Source: Bdellovibrionales bacterium (lineage in GTDB: Bacteria > Bdellovibrionota > Bdellovibrionia > Bdellovibrionales > JAUICD01). From it: 64,000 bases of DNA. The stretch is from the NCBI GenBank assembly GCA_965203275.1, contig OZ241865.1, positions 1,376,001-1,440,000 of the forward strand. Reading direction: 5' to 3'. This document shows, piece after piece, positions 29,823-41,080 of the stretch. The number at the start of each line of letters is the position of its first letter. Position 1 is the stretch's first letter. The notes beneath the pieces are model-generated. The model was not told the DNA's origin and made no database searches. It saw only the letters and a program-made list of their open reading frames with translations. A program made the translations under genes and the position numbers.

Positions 29823-32800
29823 TTAGCATGAAGTTAAGTAGTCTAGTCTACAGGTTATACGTGTTCCTCCATTAAGTCCTTTACAGTCCCAAGAACAATT
29901 AAAATATGGGCTTTCACCTCCTTCTGGTAAACACAACTGAGTACCCTGATCTAGTCCACCACCTCCCCCGCAAAGATAACAATTATTCTGATCGGTGGAA
30001 TGACAGCTTCCGTTGACGGGGTCGCCTCGGACCCAGCATCCATTTTGTTGTTTACATGTATCATTACCAGAGACACTGGTACAGCTGGATTCATCGTTGT
30101 ATTGTCCAGTGCCAGTGCAAGTTGGCGTGCTTTCTTTTGTTTTTGAACATGAAACTGTGTTTCCACCATGTACACAAGACCATTTATAATGAGTTGTTGT
30201 GTCAGGTACTTGACGGAGTGTGCCTCTACTACAACTATTTCGTGTATTATTGTTACAAACTGGAGTTTGTGAATTAGAATTTGGATTAGAATTTGAATCA
30301 GCTTCCTTTGTTTTTGAACATGGAACTGTGTTTCCACCAAGTACACAATGCCACTTATACTTAGTAGCTGTGTCAGCTAAGCTATTATCGTTTGCTGTAC
30401 CTCTACGACAACTATTTCGTGTATTATTGTTACAAACTGGAGTTTGGGAATTAGAATTGTCAGAATCATCAGAATCTTCATCAGATTCTTCATCATCAGA
30501 ATCAGAGTCATCGTCAGAATCTGAATCATCGTCGGAATCGGAGTCTTCATCGGAATCTTCAGAATCATCAGAGTCATCATCAGAATCTGAACTAGGTACG
30601 GAAGTTCTATAACAGCAATGGTTCATCGTACCTTCTTTGATTTCCCAGATATCTCCTACTCCTAGGCTAGTACTAGGAGGATCAACGTGCATCCAACCGC
30701 CACGTCCAGTTCCATGTTTGCTTAACTCATTACAATCTATAGAAGAAGCAATATGTGAATCATCTGCCTCATTTGTATTGCTTTCTGCGTCAGGTTCTGC
30801 TCCATAGCTTCCATAACCTATTAGATGTGCAGCATATCCACAAGATGGATAACACGTTCCATTCACATCTCTAACATGACATGTGAATGGTTCATTAGTA
30901 GCACACCCTGCTGATTCAGCACAATAAGACCCTGTACATCCTCTGCCACAGGCTCCATGGGGATCAGGTGTATTATCAGGAGTCGGATTAGGGAGTGGAG
31001 TGCCACCACAGGCAGGTCGTAGGCTACATTTTTCTTGTAAGTCATTCACTTCTAAACGAGGATTATTTTGAGTACAACCGTTGCCTGTATGCCGTAGACA
31101 GGTTCCATTCTTGAATTCCACAGAACAAGACCCTGGTCCGACTGCTTTACATTCACCATCTATGTCCTGTTTGCCAACAACTTCCAAGTCACATGACCTA
31201 CTTGATCCTTGACATTTCCCCTGGTTTTCACCCTCATCACCATCAGGTTCTTCATCTGATTTATGTGGACCGCCATTACCATCAAGAAGACACTTCACTG
31301 GGTTTTCATTAGGTGGAATACCAGTTTTTCCACACTTATCTTCATCGTCCTGTGCAGCAAGGTTATATTTCCACCGACACTTTACTCTAACACTGTCACA
31401 TGTTTTGGTTGATTTTCTATTATTTTTATTTAAGTAACAAAAACCTTTCTTTAGATCACCCTTATTCTTATCATAACCTCCTCTTCCTATATCATTATTT
31501 TTGCATTTACCAGGTTCTGTAAACTCACACGAGGTATTTCTACGCTTACCATGACAAGGTCCACTACCAGTATTTGTTTCTGTCAGTCCTTCTGCTGTTC
31601 CCTTGCAGGGAAGTGTATATGTGCAAGTATTTAAACCTAGTGGTGGACAGCCAGATGCAGTTTGATCAGTATTAGATTGTGTACCTCCTTTAGGATTGCT
31701 ACATTCTGTTTTTCCTCCTGGATCAGGATCGCCACATCGTGCATAATCTACTCCATTACAATAAGGTCTAGTAGCATCACAGCAAACAAAACCACTCTCA
31801 CAAGGCACATATTGACAACTACCTCCTCTTCCTCTACCACTTCCAGGAGGCGACACATACACGCCCCATTTTGCTACCTTAACGGAAGTGCCTCCACAAA
31901 TATGGTAATACTTAACTCCTACATTGTTAGGATTACAACCATCATGGTCTGTAAGAAGATCTTGTGTTGTCAGTTCACAATTAATGGGAGAACCATTGCC
32001 ATCTTTTCTGGTCCTTACACATTGGCTTTGATGACAATCCACAGAATAATGTTTTGGAAATTTACCTGCTGTTGAATTGGATGGTACTTTTGTAAGAATA
32101 GAATATTCTTTCTTATCTCTATTCTTAAACCACCTAGTATTATTGTTTGAAAAAGAAAAGTTTTGAGCTTCAAATGTATCTGGATCATCTGTATCCCATA
32201 TAAGAGTATTATTAGAACTACCTCCACAGACATCCTTAGGAATAATGGTCACTGTTTGTCGACCATGTTGAATCCCGCTCAAAGTACCCTCACAACGTAC
32301 TTCAGCTGCATGTCCAGCTGGAGCTCCGATGGTCATATTGATGGAACTAGTTGTATTAGTGGTGCCGGTGCCATCCCTTCGACGACCTAACTTTGTGCAG
32401 TTTTCTAAATTATGGGTAAACTGGTCACATATCCCTACCTCAAAATCGACATTATTCCGATTGCACTGCAAACCATTAGAAGGCAATCTCCAACTAGTGG
32501 TTGGACTAGAGCTGGAGTAATTCCTCCCCTTAACTCCATCGCCGGGTTGACCTACATCGTCCTCGCCATGCTTAAAACCTACTTCAGATGTGGGTCTTCT
32601 GGCATCTATATAAAAACGACTCTTAACAACATTACCAACCTTACCAATCTGACGTGGATTGGTTACGCCCAACTGTGAGGCTTCTATTACCTCTAGCTCA
32701 TACCTTCTATTAGGTGGTAAATCATTGAACTTTAATCGCAAATTGATATCATTACCACTGCTATCTAAAAATGTACTGTTTGTACTGCCGAGTTGACCCG

Positions 32801-34286
32801 GAAATTTCACTTCATGACACTTCTGCCAAGGACCTTTTGTAAAAGAACAACTTGCCCATGGATAAGAATTACAACTTGAAGACATGAGATAATTAGTTGT
32901 GCTATCACCACTTACACAACCCCTGACCCCTCGACATAACAAGACTGTTCCAAATTCTTTTGACCTGCTCTGAGGAAACTTCAAGTCCATAATAATATTT
33001 TTGTAATTAGAGCCATCTGTATCACACGAAGTTTGTTTGCGTGAACTCAGCAGTAAGTCCTTATTATGACCATTCTTGAGGGAGGTAACTTCTACACTGA
33101 CAGGAGTTTGATTTCCTTCTACAAGCATTCTTGTTTGATGAGAAAATCTTTGCATTGCATTGCAAGAATAACTCTGGTTTTCTTTTTCATATTTTAACTT
33201 AACTGTCACTTGGAATCCTAAGTCAGGATTACCTATGGTACTTAAACCTGAATTACTGCTTTTGATTCTAGTTTTAAAGGCTGGACTCCCTGATACAGAA
33301 AGCCTAGGATGAGTCAATATTAATTTATGTGTAGCAGGTGAACGTGGACAAGTCACAGGTATTGATACAAACTTACTGCCGTCATACTTTGTCTCTTTAC
33401 ATTTAATATCTGCATAACTTTCTATGACTTTTTGATTTGTAAGATCAACAGGGTTAATCCTGATATAGAATTTCACATTTTGAAGGTTGTACTCTTTAAG
33501 ATACTCCTTCCATAAAGAGGCAATTCTTCCATCACTTGTTGTGGTGCTACTGGTAATGGTAAACATTTTACCTTTTTTGTCTTCGTCCAGTTCATTTGCA
33601 TCAAAAAATTGAGGGTCGGAGTTATATAAAAATTGTAGAAAATTAACAGCATTCAGCAACAAGACAGATGTACCTGTCTGAACAGAAGAACCAGCATTCA
33701 CTTTCACCAAATCCACTCCGGTATTGATAAATTGAGATGGAGGGTTGCTATTGATCAATTCCCTGTATAATTTTGTATACAGCGTTGGAGTATTTAAGCT
33801 AGTGCCTGAACTGATATCGTTAATCTCATATTCAGCTGGATTTGTGCTGGCAATTTGAGTGCCTTTTTTAATAAGCAGTGGATTATAATCATAGCCAGCT
33901 TTGTATCCGTAAAGACGAGTCCCTAATGAGACCACTCTATCTAAACCTGATTGGGCAATGCTTTGACAATCTGAATCTTGTGCAGATGAACGCATCACTG
34001 TTTGACTCTGTGTGAAGTAATATGCTGTGCCTACACTGATTAAGGCAAGCATGGTCATCACAATCAACATTTCTACTAAGCCCATTCCTAGCTGTGATTG
34101 TGGTTGTGGCTGGTTGCACTTTTTAAAATGATTTTTTTTAAGACAATCAAAACCTGGACTTAAGGGGGGGGGGGGGGGGTAGGCTAATTGCGTTATGCAA
34201 TTTTTTTGCAGAAGTGTTTGTACAAATATTTGTACAAATGAAAAATAAAACCAAACTAAATAAATAATCTTTTTGTATATATACAT
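29823..34286 (-). CDS. Giant Cys-rich type IV prepilin-like surface protein, in frame (phase-ON, C16)
   Basis: 1487 aa. YPPPPP is encoded by the tract (G16 at 34164-34179 on +). QLG|MGLVEMLIV, an Asp/Ser tract and a duplicated TPVCNNNTRNSC module. Confidence 0.85.
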   Translation of the reverse strand: MYIYKKIIYLVWFYFSFVQIFVQTLLQKNCITQLAYPPPPPLSPGFDCLKKNHFKKCNQPQPQSQLGMGLVEMLIVMTMLALISVGTAYYFTQSQTVMRSSAQDSDCQSIAQSGLDRVVSLGTRLYGYKAGYDYNPLLIKKGTQIASTNPAEYEINDISSGTSLNTPTLYTKLYRELINSNPPSQFINTGVDLVKVNAGSSVQTGTSVLLLNAVNFLQFLYNSDPQFFDANELDEDKKGKMFTITSSTTTSDGRIASLWKEYLKEYNLQNVKFYIRINPVDLTNQKVIESYADIKCKETKYDGSKFVSIPVTCPRSPATHKLILTHPRLSVSGSPAFKTRIKSSNSGLSTIGNPDLGFQVTVKLKYEKENQSYSCNAMQRFSHQTRMLVEGNQTPVSVEVTSLKNGHNKDLLLSSRKQTSCDTDGSNYKNIIMDLKFPQSRSKEFGTVLLCRGVRGCVSGDSTTNYLMSSSCNSYPWASCSFTKGPWQKCHEVKFPGQLGSTNSTFLDSSGNDINLRLKFNDLPPNRRYELEVIEASQLGVTNPRQIGKVGNVVKSRFYIDARRPTSEVGFKHGEDDVGQPGDGVKGRNYSSSSPTTSWRLPSNGLQCNRNNVDFEVGICDQFTHNLENCTKLGRRRDGTGTTNTTSSINMTIGAPAGHAAEVRCEGTLSGIQHGRQTVTIIPKDVCGGSSNNTLIWDTDDPDTFEAQNFSFSNNNTRWFKNRDKKEYSILTKVPSNSTAGKFPKHYSVDCHQSQCVRTRKDGNGSPINCELTTQDLLTDHDGCNPNNVGVKYYHICGGTSVKVAKWGVYVSPPGSGRGRGGSCQYVPCESGFVCCDATRPYCNGVDYARCGDPDPGGKTECSNPKGGTQSNTDQTASGCPPLGLNTCTYTLPCKGTAEGLTETNTGSGPCHGKRRNTSCEFTEPGKCKNNDIGRGGYDKNKGDLKKGFCYLNKNNRKSTKTCDSVRVKCRWKYNLAAQDDEDKCGKTGIPPNENPVKCLLDGNGGPHKSDEEPDGDEGENQGKCQGSSRSCDLEVVGKQDIDGECKAVGPGSCSVEFKNGTCLRHTGNGCTQNNPRLEVNDLQEKCSLRPACGGTPLPNPTPDNTPDPHGACGRGCTGSYCAESAGCATNEPFTCHVRDVNGTCYPSCGYAAHLIGYGSYGAEPDAESNTNEADDSHIASSIDCNELSKHGTGRGGWMHVDPPSTSLGVGDIWEIKEGTMNHCCYRTSVPSSDSDDDSDDSEDSDEDSDSDDDSDSDDDSDSDDEESDEDSDDSDNSNSQTPVCNNNTRNSCRRGTANDNSLADTATKYKWHCVLGGNTVPCSKTKEADSNSNPNSNSQTPVCNNNTRNSCSRGTLRQVPDTTTHYKWSCVHGGNTVSCSKTKESTPTCTGTGQYNDESSCTSVSGNDTCKQQNGCWVRGDPVNGSCHSTDQNNCYLCGGGGGLDQGTQLCLPEGGESPYFNCSWDCKGLNGGTRITCRLDYLTSC

Positions 34287-34404
34287 TTTAACTGAACCCT
34301 TAAACTTATTATAAATGATTTATCGACAACTTAACGAAAAAAGTAAAAAATATATAATTTTTTTAAGATTCTGTATCAATATAATACACATCGACAGTGA
34401 AATA

Positions 34405-35661
34405 CCCAGAATCCGGGATTCCGGGATCTGGGATCCGGAATCCGGCAACCCGGCATCTAAATGAACTTTTTCCTTAACATGTTGTTAAAAAACGAGGAGA
34501 TCCTTCCCTACTAAAAGTGGTCAGGCTTTCTAGGTTGCCAGCATTTGAGAAGGCGATAGCCTTCGGCTGGCAACCAGAAAGTGACCAGAGGTCAGACCAC
34601 TTTTAGTGAAACAAATCCTTCAGTCTCCCACTGCCCCATCCTCTCCCTAATTATTTTTTGTTTGATGGTTACGCAGAATCTAAAAAAAATAAAAAAACAA
34701 AAAAAAAGAACTTTTTCCCTAACATGGTGTTAAGAGAAAAAAGGATCCTTCCCTACTCAAAATAAATGGATTTTCTAGGCAGTTAGCCTTTGATCAACGG
34801 CGATAAGCCGTTGGGCTAACTGCCAGAAAACATGCCAGAGGCATGATGCATTTTGAGTGAAACAAACCCTTAACATGTTGTTAAAAAACGAGGAGATCCT
34901 TCCCTACTAAAAGTGGTCAGGCTTTCTAGGTTGCCAGCATTTGAGAAGGCGATAGCCTTCGGCTGGCAACCAGAAAGTGACCAGAGGTCAGACCACTTTT
35001 AGTGAAACAAATCCTTCAGTCTCCCACTGCCCCATCCTCTCCCTAATTATTTTTTGTTTGATGGTTACGCAGAATCTAAAAAAAATAAAAAAACAAAAAA
35101 AAAGAACTTTTTCCCTAACATGGTGTTAAGAGAAAAAAGGATCCTTCCCTACTCAAAATAAATGGATTTTCTAGGCAGTTAGCCTTTGATCAACGGCGAT
35201 AAGCCGTTGGGCTAACTGCCAGAAAACATGCCAGAGGCATGATGCATTTTGAGTGAAACAAACCCTTAACATGGTGTTAAAAAATGAGGAGATCCTCCCT
35301 ACTCAAAATGAGCAGGCTTTTGAGACAATGACCATTTTGTCAAAGGCGAAAGCCTTTGCAGGCAACGCTCAAGGTGTAAGAAGGAACTTTTTCCTTAACA
35401 TGTGGTCAAGAGACGAGAGGATCCTCCCTACTAAAAGTAAACGGACTTTTGAGACATTGCTCTTTTGGGACAGCGTAAGCTGTCAGAGCAATGTCCAAAA
35501 GCAACCAGAGGTTGGTTTACTTTTAGTGAGACAGAGGCTAGACCACTTTTAGTGAAACAAAACAAGCTGATAAATTAGGAGCTTATTTATACAAGTTGTG
35601 TAAAAACACTTAAAGTTAAAATTGATTTTTTCTGGGATCTAGGATCCGGCAACCCGGCATC
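34405..35661 (-). mobile_element. Structured-repeat cluster 7 (about six reverse A copies, partial B, 396-bp tandem duplication)
   Basis: 34472-34867 is repeated at 34868-35263. Further A copies run to 35556. Heptamers occur at both ends. Confidence 0.78.
35557..35613 (+). pseudogene. 3' fragment of a four-helix-bundle gene
   Basis: TKQADKLGAYLYKLCKNT* between an element head and heptamers. Confidence 0.5.
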
Positions 35662-35816
35662 AAAAAGCACTTTTTAACTCTTCTTTTACTTTATTAATCT
35701 TGGTAGGAATATGGTTATTTACTTGTTCCTTAATAGGGTTTATTTCTTTTTTAATAGTCCTATCTCTTTATTAATCTTGGTAGGAATATGGTTATTTACT
35801 TGTTCCTTAATAGGGT

Positions 35817-36086
35817 TTATTTCTTTTTTAATAGTCCTATCTCTTTTTTTATCGGGTCTACTGAAGAATGTATTATAACCCTTAAAACAATAATTGATAA
35901 AATGGCATTTATTATCTCTTTTGATGAATACAAATCTTGCAATCCAAAATAATTTACCACTATTAACAAAATAAACAAAACAAGGATAAAAAAACCTGTA
36001 TATCCTTTTAGCAATGATGAAAATATATCCATTGGTGATGATTGATTATTTTCTGGCCCGTTGCCATTACCTGAATGATCATTCAT
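35817..36086 (-). CDS. Small two-TM hypothetical protein, probably 3' frameshifted
   Basis: RBS gagga and two hydrophobic segments. The end lies in a 77-bp tandem duplication (35690-35843). Confidence 0.5.
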   Translation of the reverse strand: MNDHSGNGNGPENNQSSPMDIFSSLLKGYTGFFILVLFILLIVVNYFGLQDLYSSKEIINAILSIIVLRVIIHSSVDPIKKEIGLLKKK

Positions 36087-36292
36087 AAAATCCTCAAGCT
36101 ATATTCACAAAAAAAAGAGGCTATCAAGCCACTTTAAGCTTATGAATTTATCTACAATCTACGACAATAGAAATTAATATTAGAATATCAATCCTAAAGG
36201 ATTTTGTCAATATGACGATAAGAGTCATATCAATTCTTCTTATCTCTAAAGATTGAATCGTTTAATTTTGTACTTAATTTATTATGTTATTC

Positions 36293-36323
36293 AGACCACT
36301 TATGAGGATAAGTGGTCTTTTTT
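36293..36323 (+). terminator. Intrinsic terminator-like hairpin
   Basis: AGACCACTTAT-gagg-ATAAGTGGTCT followed by a T run. Confidence 0.5.
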
Positions 36324-36693
36324 AGCAATTTTACCAAACGTTGTCGAAATTTTGATGTTTTGAAGCTTAAAAATAATAGCCTTGAAACTATGAAAAAAAA
36401 TTAACTATTTAAATTAACTATTCAAATCAGGAGTTATTATTTATTACGATATGCAACAGGTTTGTTTTTGTTGTGAGCTTCTTGTTGGCCTCTTATAGAT
36501 GAAAGTCCAGAGTCAAAAGAGAAAGTGTCTCATTATGGATCACAAACAGAATCACAAAAAGATTTTTTATCTGATTTTTAGATAAAAAGTTTCATTATTT
36601 TAAAATTTCTGACGATAACAATTATAGGTTTAAATAACTTAGTAAATAAAATTTATAAAAAATAATCCATATTTCAAACAAGGAGGAAGTCTT

Positions 36694-38791
36694 ATGTACA
36701 CTACAGCGTTTCAGCAAAAAATGCGGGGGGGGGGGGCAGTGCGTCAAAATGTCTGTGGTCCTCATTCTGTCTTGTTTGCAGGTGTTTTTAGAGCCTGTGG
36801 AAGTCTTTGCCAGGTCTGATGCCACTGCTTCTCGCTTAAAACCATCTAAAGTTACAAATACCAGAGTTAGTAATTCCCGATCTAGTAGATCAAGGGTTCA
36901 ACGTTCAAGAGCTTCAAATACCAGGGTTAAAAAACGCACTTCTTCTAGAGCAAGAAAAGAAAACAGAGCAAGAAGACAAAACACAAGAGTATCTCTTGAG
37001 GCTCGCTGGAAGCGATTACCTGTCAAACAAAAAATCAAGTTATATCATTCTATGGTCAGAACTATGGCTGTCTTAGAGTTATCTCGTCGTCAACGTTCTA
37101 CAAAAACATCCTCCCTTTATCCATTTTGGCAATTATTTATAGCACAAGCTTATGCTCAGAATTCACCCGTAGCATGTTTTCTGGGAGGGTATACTGTACG
37201 TGGTTGTCGAAGGGGTGATTGGAATGCGGCAAGGAACATATCTGGTAGGAGATGTGATTTAAATGGTAATGGTACTAATAATGGTATTACATGTAATCCT
37301 GAAATATTCCCTACAGCCCCTTGTGTTTATGATTTGAGAGAGGCAAGAGAAACAGTAAGTAGAAACTATAGCACCACTCAAGCTTGTGCTTATGCTGATG
37401 CTCAACTGATAGCACAGAAATTAAGAGATGGTAGTATCTCTCCGGAGCAGAAAAGAACAGTTGTTGAAGAACAACTCAATAATGAAGATTTATGGCAGTT
37501 AGGTGACCCTAGTACATGGATTGACAAAAGAAATAAACTCATCGAAACAATCTTAGGCGGAAATAATGCAATGACTCGATACAATGAAGCTCTTTTAAGT
37601 GAGGCGACTGGTATTTTAGATAAGCTTCAAGAAGTGGATGTAGCGTGTCGTCATGTAAGTAGCTCCTTTGAAGAGAAACACTGCGATGTATTTCGACATG
37701 ACTTAAGAGCATTAGAAACTGAAAAGAATCGTGCAACTGAAGCTACAGATTCTTGTTTTAAATTTCATGAATTACCTGGGGAGCATTTTTGTCAAGTTAA
37801 AACCGGTGATGATAAATATCTTGTTGTAAGGCTGGAAAGAGGTGGTGAAGAAAATAACAGATTAAACGCTGTTGTTTATCAAAGCGATAGTAGTCCAGCA
37901 GGAGACTACTGTTTGGATTCCAGTTTCACTGCTCATGATAAACATGTTATTAATGATGCACAACTGGCTAATTTTTCTAATGTGGGTTATCCATTTAGTG
38001 GTGCAAGACGACTTGCATGCAATCGTAACAATCAGAGCCATAGTGCAAGCTTTACCTATCAAGGCCATGAGATTGAAATAAAAAAAGAACTGGGTGCAAG
38101 TAATCGTTGTTTATTTGATGAAGATGATGATGATGATGATATTGATAATATTGATGATATTGATAGAGATTTAGGCAATGATCGAACTGAGCTTTTTTTC
38201 CCAGGAATAGTAGATGATGGTGATGAAGAAGAAGAAGGAGGTGATAATAGTATTTATGGGTCAGCATTAGAAGCATATAATAAAGAAAAAAATAAAGGAC
38301 AGAATACGGATAAGTGTATAGAAGCAAGTCATGTAGCCTTTCATGAAGCAGGACTTCTCTTTAACACAACCTGTCTAAATCAAGGTAGACGTCGTAATAA
38401 TCTTTTTATAGATAAAAGCACAGGGAGTAGCATTAGCAGAGTCCGTAGCATTATATGGTTAAAACGTAGTGATTATAAAGAATATGACAGATTATCAATT
38501 GCGGGAGGAGGATCCAAACCAATACCTTCTACAACTCCTCCTCGTAATAGCTGTAATAGCGATAGTTCTATATGTCGTAAATATTTAACCCTTACAGATT
38601 ATTTGTGTGGTATTGGGAATGCTCCTAGTGCTGATGGAACTGGATGTGAAACCCCGGTAGCAACAGAAGCAAGCAGTGAAGATTGGACAACAGGACTAGC
38701 AAACGAACTCCAACATTGTTCTTCAGCTGCCCCTGCCTCTGCCAGAGATGGAGGAAGTGGTGGTCGAGCGACACCGGGGCAGGGTGGGTGA
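36694..38791 (+). CDS. Secreted Cys-containing family protein, copy 1 (G12 tract at 5' end)
   Basis: AGGAGG-preceded ATG 36694 is out of frame with ORF 36749-38791 across G12 (36725-36736). Paralog of the genes at 50993, 54297 and 56506. Confidence 0.72.
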
Positions 38792-38945
38792 GCCAACGGA
38801 GGAATAAAGCTTTTTTACAAATAACTCAGCTTTCTCTTTTCTATTATGAATTGCTTGTGTTGTTTATAAAGTCAACAAGTCAAATCATCAAGGCATAAGG
38901 CTCAATCCAGCCTAGGTCACAATTCATAGCAACCAATAACAAACA

Positions 38946-39872
38946 TCAACAAGCTAAATGACTTTTGATCGTACGGGAAATACCTATAGCATCTAATCCA
39001 TATTTTTCATAAAGAGATTGAGGTGAACCGCTTTCACCAAAGGTATCAGGAACACCTATTTTCACTAACCGAGCTGGACAAGGAGTTTCTGCCATCACAT
39101 TGGCAACAGCACTCCCTAAGCCTCCTACAATATTATGATCTTCTGCTGTGAAAATCACAGACACTTTGCTTTTCCAAGATTCAATTGCTTTTTTATCTAT
39201 CGGCTTGATACTGCACATATTCACCACGGCAAGGTCTATTTGATCTTCTTTTAAAATCTTTGCAGCTTCTAAACTCAAACTTGTTTGATGACCTGTTGCA
39301 AAAATCACAGCATCTTTCCCTGATTTGACTTCTGTGGATTGACCATAAGAGAATTGATAATCTTCATCAAAAACAGAAGATACCTTTTGACGAGTCAATC
39401 TTACATAAGCAGGCCCTTTATGGTCTACAAGGTATCTCATAAGTGCTTTGGTTTCTATATCATCCGCAGGGGAAAATACACTCATACCAGGGATAGTTTG
39501 CATACAAGATAAATCTTCAAGAGCCATTTGTGTTGTGCCGTCTTCTCCTATACCAATGCCAGCATGAGTTCCAACAAGCCGGACATTAGCTTCCCCATAA
39601 CCCACAGTCACCCTTATAGTGTCAAAACGGCCTGTTAAAAAAGCCCCAAAAGAACATAAAAAAGGAACTTTTCCACTCAAGGCCATGCCTGCAGCTACCC
39701 CAATCATATTGGCTTCTTGTATGCCCATTTGAAAAAACCTTTGAGGAAACTTTTTTGCAAAAAGGGCAGATTGTGTACTCTTAGATAAATCAGCATCTAA
39801 AACAACAATATTTTGAAATGTCTTGCCTAGCTCCAATAAGGCTTCTCCAAAGCTATTCCGGGTTGCTTTCAT
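38946..39872 (-). CDS. Transketolase C-terminal subunit
   Basis: LDADLSKST, GIQEANM, GEDGTTQMALED and EDHNIVGGLGS. Confidence 0.92.
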   Translation of the reverse strand: MKATRNSFGEALLELGKTFQNIVVLDADLSKSTQSALFAKKFPQRFFQMGIQEANMIGVAAGMALSGKVPFLCSFGAFLTGRFDTIRVTVGYGEANVRLVGTHAGIGIGEDGTTQMALEDLSCMQTIPGMSVFSPADDIETKALMRYLVDHKGPAYVRLTRQKVSSVFDEDYQFSYGQSTEVKSGKDAVIFATGHQTSLSLEAAKILKEDQIDLAVVNMCSIKPIDKKAIESWKSKVSVIFTAEDHNIVGGLGSAVANVMAETPCPARLVKIGVPDTFGESGSPQSLYEKYGLDAIGISRTIKSHLAC

Positions 39873-40090
39873 ACTCTCTCTCCTTTTGTAACTTACAATA
39901 TCATTCAGGTTGTGTTTGCTTTACAAATAGTTATCTCTTTGTTGATTTTATCTTCAAATTTTGTTTTCAAATTGTTTCATTTGATTTTTTATAAAGTTTA
40001 TGTCGGTCCATTTCTACTCAGACTCCACTTAGTATCAGAAGAACTTTGCTCAAAATCAAAAGATAAGCAAACTGTGTTATTTCTACAGGT

Positions 40091-40900
40091 TTAGCATTCT
40101 AACTCTTTAAAGGCTTTTTGAAGTTGCTCCTTGTTAGGTGCAACACCATGCCAATGGTTTTCATTCTCCATAAAACTCACCCCCTTACCCTTGATTGTAT
40201 CTGCAATGATCACAGTAGGCTGGCTTTGATGGTTTTGGGCTTGGTCTAATGCTTTAACAATTTCAGGGATATTATGCCCATTGATTTTTAGAGTTTGCCA
40301 TTTAAAAGCTTGGAATTTTTTAGCTAGATCAGATAAATCCATAATATCTTCTACCCGTCCATCAATTTGATATTTATTGCAGTCTGCAATCAAACATAAA
40401 TTGCTTAAGGCAAAGTTCCCTGCGGACATAATGGCTTCCCATATTTGCCCTTCTTGCATTTCGCCATCTCCTACCATGCAATAGACACGATAATTTTTCG
40501 AATCCATACGAGCAGCGAGAGCCATGCCTATAGCCACAGACAATCCCTGACCTAGAGAACCTGTAGAAGCTTCTACAGCAGGCAATCTTACCCTATCAGG
40601 ATGACCTTGAAATGGGCTACCTAACTTCCTTAAACTCAGTGTGTCCTTAGGATCAAAATAACCAGCATAAGCGAGGGTGGCATAAAGAGCTGGTACACCA
40701 TGCCCCTTACTGAGAATAAAGCGATCCCTATCTGGCCAGCTAGGTTCTTTAGGGCGAATTTTCATTTGGTGAAAAAACAGCACTGTGATCAAATCAATTG
40801 CCGAAAGGGAACCCCCAGGATGCCCACTACCTGCCTTTTCCAGCATATTTAAAATGAGTTTGCGACTTTGTTGTGCTTGTTTTAATAGTTTATCGTACAT
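40091..40900 (-). CDS. Transketolase N-terminal subunit
   Basis: GSGHPGGSLS, DRFILSKGH, STGSLGQG and GDGEMQEGQIWEA. Start placed at MYDK. Confidence 0.92.
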   Translation of the reverse strand: MYDKLLKQAQQSRKLILNMLEKAGSGHPGGSLSAIDLITVLFFHQMKIRPKEPSWPDRDRFILSKGHGVPALYATLAYAGYFDPKDTLSLRKLGSPFQGHPDRVRLPAVEASTGSLGQGLSVAIGMALAARMDSKNYRVYCMVGDGEMQEGQIWEAIMSAGNFALSNLCLIADCNKYQIDGRVEDIMDLSDLAKKFQAFKWQTLKINGHNIPEIVKALDQAQNHQSQPTVIIADTIKGKGVSFMENENHWHGVAPNKEQLQKAFKELEC

Positions 40901-41080
40901 GCAGAATACCTTTTTGGGCATTATATATAATGAAAGCACATTTGATGCAAGTTTTTTTCAATATCAATATTAAGTGTTATTTATAAAAAATCACAAAAAC
41001 CACTTATTCTGGTAAGATTTCTTGATTTCATTGTGATATTGAGGTGTTCATTGATTTAACAGGCCCGTTGTGTCAAAGAA

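Noticed and set aside
16423..34286. Diversity-generating retroelement (TR/VR) acting on the paralog families
   Set aside because: No reverse transcriptase is in the window. Paralog differences include indels and all base types, not adenine-specific changes.
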